Origin: Candidatus Micrarchaeia archaeon
GTDB lineage: Archaea; Micrarchaeota; Micrarchaeia; CAILAH01
DNA: 64,000 nt
Direction of reading: 5' to 3'
Assembly: GCA_038874595.1 (NCBI GenBank)
Contig: JAVZCB010000005.1
Location: 1 to 64,000 of the forward strand
Shown here: positions 60,076 through 64,000 of the stretch, one piece after another
How the letters are laid out: every line of letters starts with the position of its first letter
Position numbering within the stretch: position 1 is the stretch's first letter
Program-made: the position numbers and the translations under genes
Notes under the pieces: model-generated
Database searches by the model: none
Seen by the model: only the letters and a program-made list of their open reading frames with translations
What the model was told of the DNA's origin: nothing

Positions 60076-60575
60076 ATGCGCACCCTTATGCGATTGTTAA
60101 TCTTGGTATTCTTATAGGCCCGCACTCTTAGCGACCTGCCCTTAGCTTTCAGAAAGCCAAGCGCATCATTAAGTATATTGTTATGGTCAAAAGCCAGCCT
60201 ACTCTTGAGCGCTTCGTGTACCGGAAGCCACACGGCACATTGGGCATCGCTTCCCGGATGGAGGCGCACTTTTCTGGTCGTACAGTAAAATGCTACGCTT
60301 ACTGTTCGGCGCGGGTCCCTTCTCGGAGAGGAATACACGCCTATGATACACTTTGGTATGACGCGGATGCCTGTCTCCTCATAAACCTCACGGATAACAC
60401 AATGCTCCATTGTTTCACTTTCTGATAAGTAGCCCCCTGGCAATGCAAACCAGCCCTTAAAAGGGGCAGCTTTCCTGCGTACCAAAAGCACCCTTTCACG
60501 ATTAATAACAACACCGTCCGCTGCGATAGGCCTGTATACACGTGCATCCCTGATATTGCGATGGGTTGGGCTCAC
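60072..60575 (-). CDS. NUDIX hydrolase
   Basis: PGGYLSESETMEHCVIREVYEETG; RDPR; LAFDH. Confidence 0.92.
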   Translation of the reverse strand: MSPTHRNIRDARVYRPIAADGVVINRERVLLVRRKAAPFKGWFALPGGYLSESETMEHCVIREVYEETGIRVIPKCIIGVYSSPRRDPRRTVSVAFYCTTRKVRLHPGSDAQCAVWLPVHEALKSRLAFDHNNILNDALGFLKAKGRSLRVRAYKNTKINNRIRVRI

Positions 60576-61751
60576 CTAATCACTCTCGCTTTTTGTTGTT
60601 GCACCGAGCAGTTTCAGTTCATCATCCTCAAACCCAAAAAAATCAAGCGGCTTGCCCTCTTTCGCCATTATCTTTATCAAAGGCACATACTGCTCTGCAT
60701 CCGTAAGGCTGCAATGGCATTTCTCAGCAATCTTCCTGCGGATTGACTTGCGCAGTGCGCGCTTCTCTGAGCTGATGCTCATTGAACGGAGGAACTGCGG
60801 GAACTCGTACTTTGAAAACTTGTGATACTTATGCTCCTTAGACATTGCAACGCCTGCAAGCACAAGCGCATATGAGTATTTCTGGAGTTTCCATACCTGC
60901 CTGTTAATCACCCTGCCATCAAACACATCGGCACGTGATAGGAAATTGTACGCGAGCGCAATCTCCTCTGGCTTCTCATATTCCACTGAAATGTTATTCT
61001 CAATCCATAATTTCATCAAGCCGTAATCCACTGTCGTGCCATCAAAAGAGCGCATTGCATCCTGGTAAGTCTCTGCCTTAAATAAGCTCTTCACGCATTC
61101 AAATATGAGCCTATCACGGTCGCGTATTGATGATGGAGAATACGCGTGCAGGTCAATTATTGCAGAGCGCAAGTCGCCTCCAGAGCCGTCTGCTATCCTG
61201 TCAAGGATGTCGTCAGATACCGTAATGTCCTCCTCTTTTGCAATACGGGCGATTACTGAGCGCACAGTCCTTTTGTTGATATGCTTCATCTCAAGGAACT
61301 TGCACGCAGTACGTAATGGATATAACTTTTTGTCCCACGCATCGTTTGCTGTCAGGATAACTGGCTGTTTTGCGGCCTCAAGCACAGATGCTATTGCCGA
61401 TGCACCGCCACGGTCTGCCGTGCCCTGCAGTCCGTCTACCTCATCTATCAGGATAAGCTTGCGACGCGAGAACAGGCCTGCTGATGACGTTGCTGCACCC
61501 ATTATGCGCTCAACGTTTTCCCTGTTGCGGGTATCCGAAGCGTTAAACTCAAGGATTTCCCAGCCCATCTCCGATGCAAGCGCATATGCGAGCGCTGTTT
61601 TCCCAACACCGGATGGGCCATAAACCAGAAGTGGCTTCTGCCTTTTGCCGCTTTCAATAAGCAATGCCCATTTCTTCACTTCCTCAACTACATCACTGTT
61701 ACCTGCAAACTCGGCAAGAGATTTTGGGGCGTGCTTCTGGTAAAGGTGCAT
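60576..61751 (-). CDS. rfcL: Replication factor C large subunit
   Basis: GPSGVGKT, EFNASDTR, LIDEVDG, GDLRSAI, LSRADVF. Confidence 0.93.
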   Translation of the reverse strand: MHLYQKHAPKSLAEFAGNSDVVEEVKKWALLIESGKRQKPLLVYGPSGVGKTALAYALASEMGWEILEFNASDTRNRENVERIMGAATSSAGLFSRRKLILIDEVDGLQGTADRGGASAIASVLEAAKQPVILTANDAWDKKLYPLRTACKFLEMKHINKRTVRSVIARIAKEEDITVSDDILDRIADGSGGDLRSAIIDLHAYSPSSIRDRDRLIFECVKSLFKAETYQDAMRSFDGTTVDYGLMKLWIENNISVEYEKPEEIALAYNFLSRADVFDGRVINRQVWKLQKYSYALVLAGVAMSKEHKYHKFSKYEFPQFLRSMSISSEKRALRKSIRRKIAEKCHCSLTDAEQYVPLIKIMAKEGKPLDFFGFEDDELKLLGATTKSESD

Positions 61752-61854
61752 AAATTATATTAGGTATGGAATATTTTAATTATAGCAATAAAGCCGAAAA
61801 AGGCGGAAATGGCTTATTGCCGTTGCACGACCAACTCTGGAAATTGCCTCTCTA

Positions 61855-64000
61855 TCATTTGCTGCTTGGGGACCAGTACTTTTTTGTACGTATAAACTGC
61901 TCGCGGGCATGCAGCAAATCAAGCGCCAGTGAACGCTCATCCTTATGCATTCTGGAAAGTATGCGTGCGGCTGTTTCAGTGCCTACACCGTAGGTTGATA
62001 GCGCAAGCAAGGCACGCTTACCATATGATATATAAAGAGATGAGCGCCGCATCAGCTCATCTTTTGGGAGTACCCTGCGCTCATTTTCTGGTGAAGGTGC
62101 CAGCAAAACGCTTGAGCACTTTGGGCATTTCTTTGGAAGGGAAGACACGTGGCCATAAAATACATTATTACAATGCGCACATACAAACTTGAACGTTGTA
62201 GGCATCTTATCAAGAAGCACCATTGCAGCACTTTCAGGTATCTCAGGAAACAACACCTGTGAGCCTGACATATAATCTAGCACTTCCAATGCAAGCGCAT
62301 CAAGCTTCCGGAGCACCTCAAACTCAAACCCTCCCTTCGCAGAAAGGAAATTCTCAATAAAAGCCTGGGCAGTGCCACAGTCACAATACCTGTACATAAA
62401 GTAATCGTGCGCTTCCCTGTATGCAAGCGAAGCTGCCAGCTTTGAAATGTAATGTGGAGGGTATCGGCCGTGCTTTTCAGACAGGCCATAGTAATATGCC
62501 TCCTGAGAGAAAAGATATGAGAACGTTGTGTTCTTATGAAGTGTTGCGGAGATCTCGTTATATACGTTTGTACCGGAAGCTATTTGAGCAAGCGAGTCTT
62601 TTGATACTGGATACGGGAGCCGTATGAAGACTGCGTATGGGGATGATTTTGCAACTGCTGCTGCACCAAAGTATGCTGTGAGCCTGCCTGCAAGCGCAAG
62701 TGCAAGCGCATTGTTTGCGGTGCTTCCAAGAAATGTATATATTATGAGCATATCAGCGAATGCACAAACCTTTGGCTTGGGGCCTACCCCTATCCTGGCC
62801 CTAACATCAGATGTTATCTCCCTCTTAACAGGTATCTGCTCGCCTTCCCAGTCAGGTATTGCCAACACGTATGAAGGCGAATGCGCAACCTCAACAGACT
62901 CTTCCCCAATGCTTAAAACACGCCACGGTGTACCGCGGGTTATAAACACGTCACCTTCGTTAAGGGAAAGCACAAACCTTTCATCGAGGTATCCTATGAC
63001 ATGGCCGTTGAAACTCATCTTATACTTGATGCTTGAAGGGATTGTGCTGAGCCGTGTAAAGTAAAACGCGCGCGTGTGTAGCGTTTTCCTTGCCATCCTC
63101 CCATCATAAAAAATAATGCCGTTCCTATGGAGTTCTGAAAGTAATATCCTGAAATCATCAAAAGTTATCGTGGAATAAATGGGTGTGGCCGAAACGAGCT
63201 TGTCATATAGCTGAGTGTCCTCAGCATGCCTGCACATAAGAAGCTCTCCTGCAACTGCATGGCCAAGCACACCTAAAGAAGGGTAGATGATGTCCTCATC
63301 TTCAAGATGATGGGATTTTGCGCGATCGCTTATTACCTCTGCTTCATTGAAGTCAAACTCGTTATGTGTAATTATTATCCCGCGCGGGGTTCCTGTAATC
63401 GCGTGCCCGCTCCTGCCGATGCGCTGCAATGCCTTCCTAACCTGCTTTGGTGAGCCAATATGGATTACAAGGTTAACATCACCTATATCTATGCCCAACT
63501 CAAGCGAGGAGGTACAAACCAGGCCTCGCACCCTGTTCTGCTTGAAATCATCCTCTATTTTCTCGCGTTCCTCCTTGGAGAGCGAGCCGTGGTGGACACC
63601 TATGCTCGCTCCTTTTGAGATCAGGTGGGAGCCTATGAGCTCCGCCATATATCGAGTATTCGTAAAAATTAATGTCTTGCATTCTTCCAAATTATCGTTT
63701 ATGACGCGGCACATAAAATCCAGGCGGGCATCTTCTGTTTTTCCTGTAGCCCGGATTACTTGTATCTCTAGGTTATTTGATGGTGTCTCCTGAACAAGCA
63801 ACCAATTATCACGAAATACAAACCTTGCAGCAGAATCGGGGCTCTTAAGTGTTGCACTTATTGCAACAGTCTGAAAGGATGCGATTGAACGCAAACGTGT
63901 AAACGCAAGCGCGAGCTGTGCACCGCGCTTGCTGCCTATGAGCTCATGCAGTTCATCTACTATCACATACCGCAGGTTGCGCAAGTATGTGCGGAATGAT
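61855..64000 (-). CDS. lhr: Lhr-like SF2 helicase; 5' end runs off the window
   Basis: VDELHE, SAT, HHGSLS, SSLELGIDIG, QRIGRSGH, IPDWEGE; C-terminal Zn ribbon plus GVG; frame open to 64000. Confidence 0.9.
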   Translation of the reverse strand, partial: SFRTYLRNLRYVIVDELHELIGSKRGAQLALAFTRLRSIASFQTVAISATLKSPDSAARFVFRDNWLLVQETPSNNLEIQVIRATGKTEDARLDFMCRVINDNLEECKTLIFTNTRYMAELIGSHLISKGASIGVHHGSLSKEEREKIEDDFKQNRVRGLVCTSSLELGIDIGDVNLVIHIGSPKQVRKALQRIGRSGHAITGTPRGIIITHNEFDFNEAEVISDRAKSHHLEDEDIIYPSLGVLGHAVAGELLMCRHAEDTQLYDKLVSATPIYSTITFDDFRILLSELHRNGIIFYDGRMARKTLHTRAFYFTRLSTIPSSIKYKMSFNGHVIGYLDERFVLSLNEGDVFITRGTPWRVLSIGEESVEVAHSPSYVLAIPDWEGEQIPVKREITSDVRARIGVGPKPKVCAFADMLIIYTFLGSTANNALALALAGRLTAYFGAAAVAKSSPYAVFIRLPYPVSKDSLAQIASGTNVYNEISATLHKNTTFSYLFSQEAYYYGLSEKHGRYPPHYISKLAASLAYREAHDYFMYRYCDCGTAQAFIENFLSAKGGFEFEVLRKLDALALEVLDYMSGSQVLFPEIPESAAMVLLDKMPTTFKFVCAHCNNVFYGHVSSLPKKCPKCSSVLLAPSPENERRVLPKDELMRRSSLYISYGKRALLALSTYGVGTETAARILSRMHKDERSLALDLLHAREQFIRTKKYWSPSSK

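Noticed and set aside
1-64000. Transposases, integrases, proviral genes, rRNA or tRNA genes
   Set aside because: No such motifs recognised in the ORFs or intergenic gaps by eye. A tRNAscan-SE/Rfam run would be needed to exclude small RNAs.

Overview
Gene-dense archaeal chromosomal segment. The informational genes (RadA, Cdc6/Orc1, Hjc, Mre11, RFC-L, pelota, ABCE1, Trm5, TruD, Sua5) are archaeal. SepF plus a PRC-barrel protein, compact genes and many orphans suggest a DPANN, Micrarchaeota-like genome (inference). Most of the window is housekeeping: replication and repair, tRNA modification, MetRS, class II RNR, PyrH, PepA, SOD, UvsE and an RNase P RNA gene at 56174-56514. The most interesting signal is a secreted ~200-aa domain (GGN[VI][TS]x[LM]xLS...[RK]W...[YW]G ... 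[YF][EQ][IL][ILM][LV]P...) found four times in three architectures. It stands alone behind a TATA box and SD (6353-7027). It is N-terminal on a membrane-anchored Cys-rich stalk protein (2387-4465). It is C-terminal behind two different adhesin-like passengers, a 7-repeat beta-propeller (11397-14213) and a beta-helix (46863-48998). The first two genes cluster with a secreted subtilase that the ORF track missed (<1-2335) and a membrane-anchored accessory protein (4534-6240). This resembles the shaft/anchor/tip layout of a non-type-IV surface filament. That reading is a hypothesis, and I cannot check its novelty without database searches. Other oddities: an ORF split by 43-bp repeats that a 161-bp deletion would repair in frame, a 77-bp intergenic tandem repeat, a LonB ATPase lacking its protease domain, an N-terminal-only NFACT/RqcH, a possible ATA start codon and an unannotated 36-aa ORF. 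I recognised no CRISPR array, tRNA, rRNA or mobile element.
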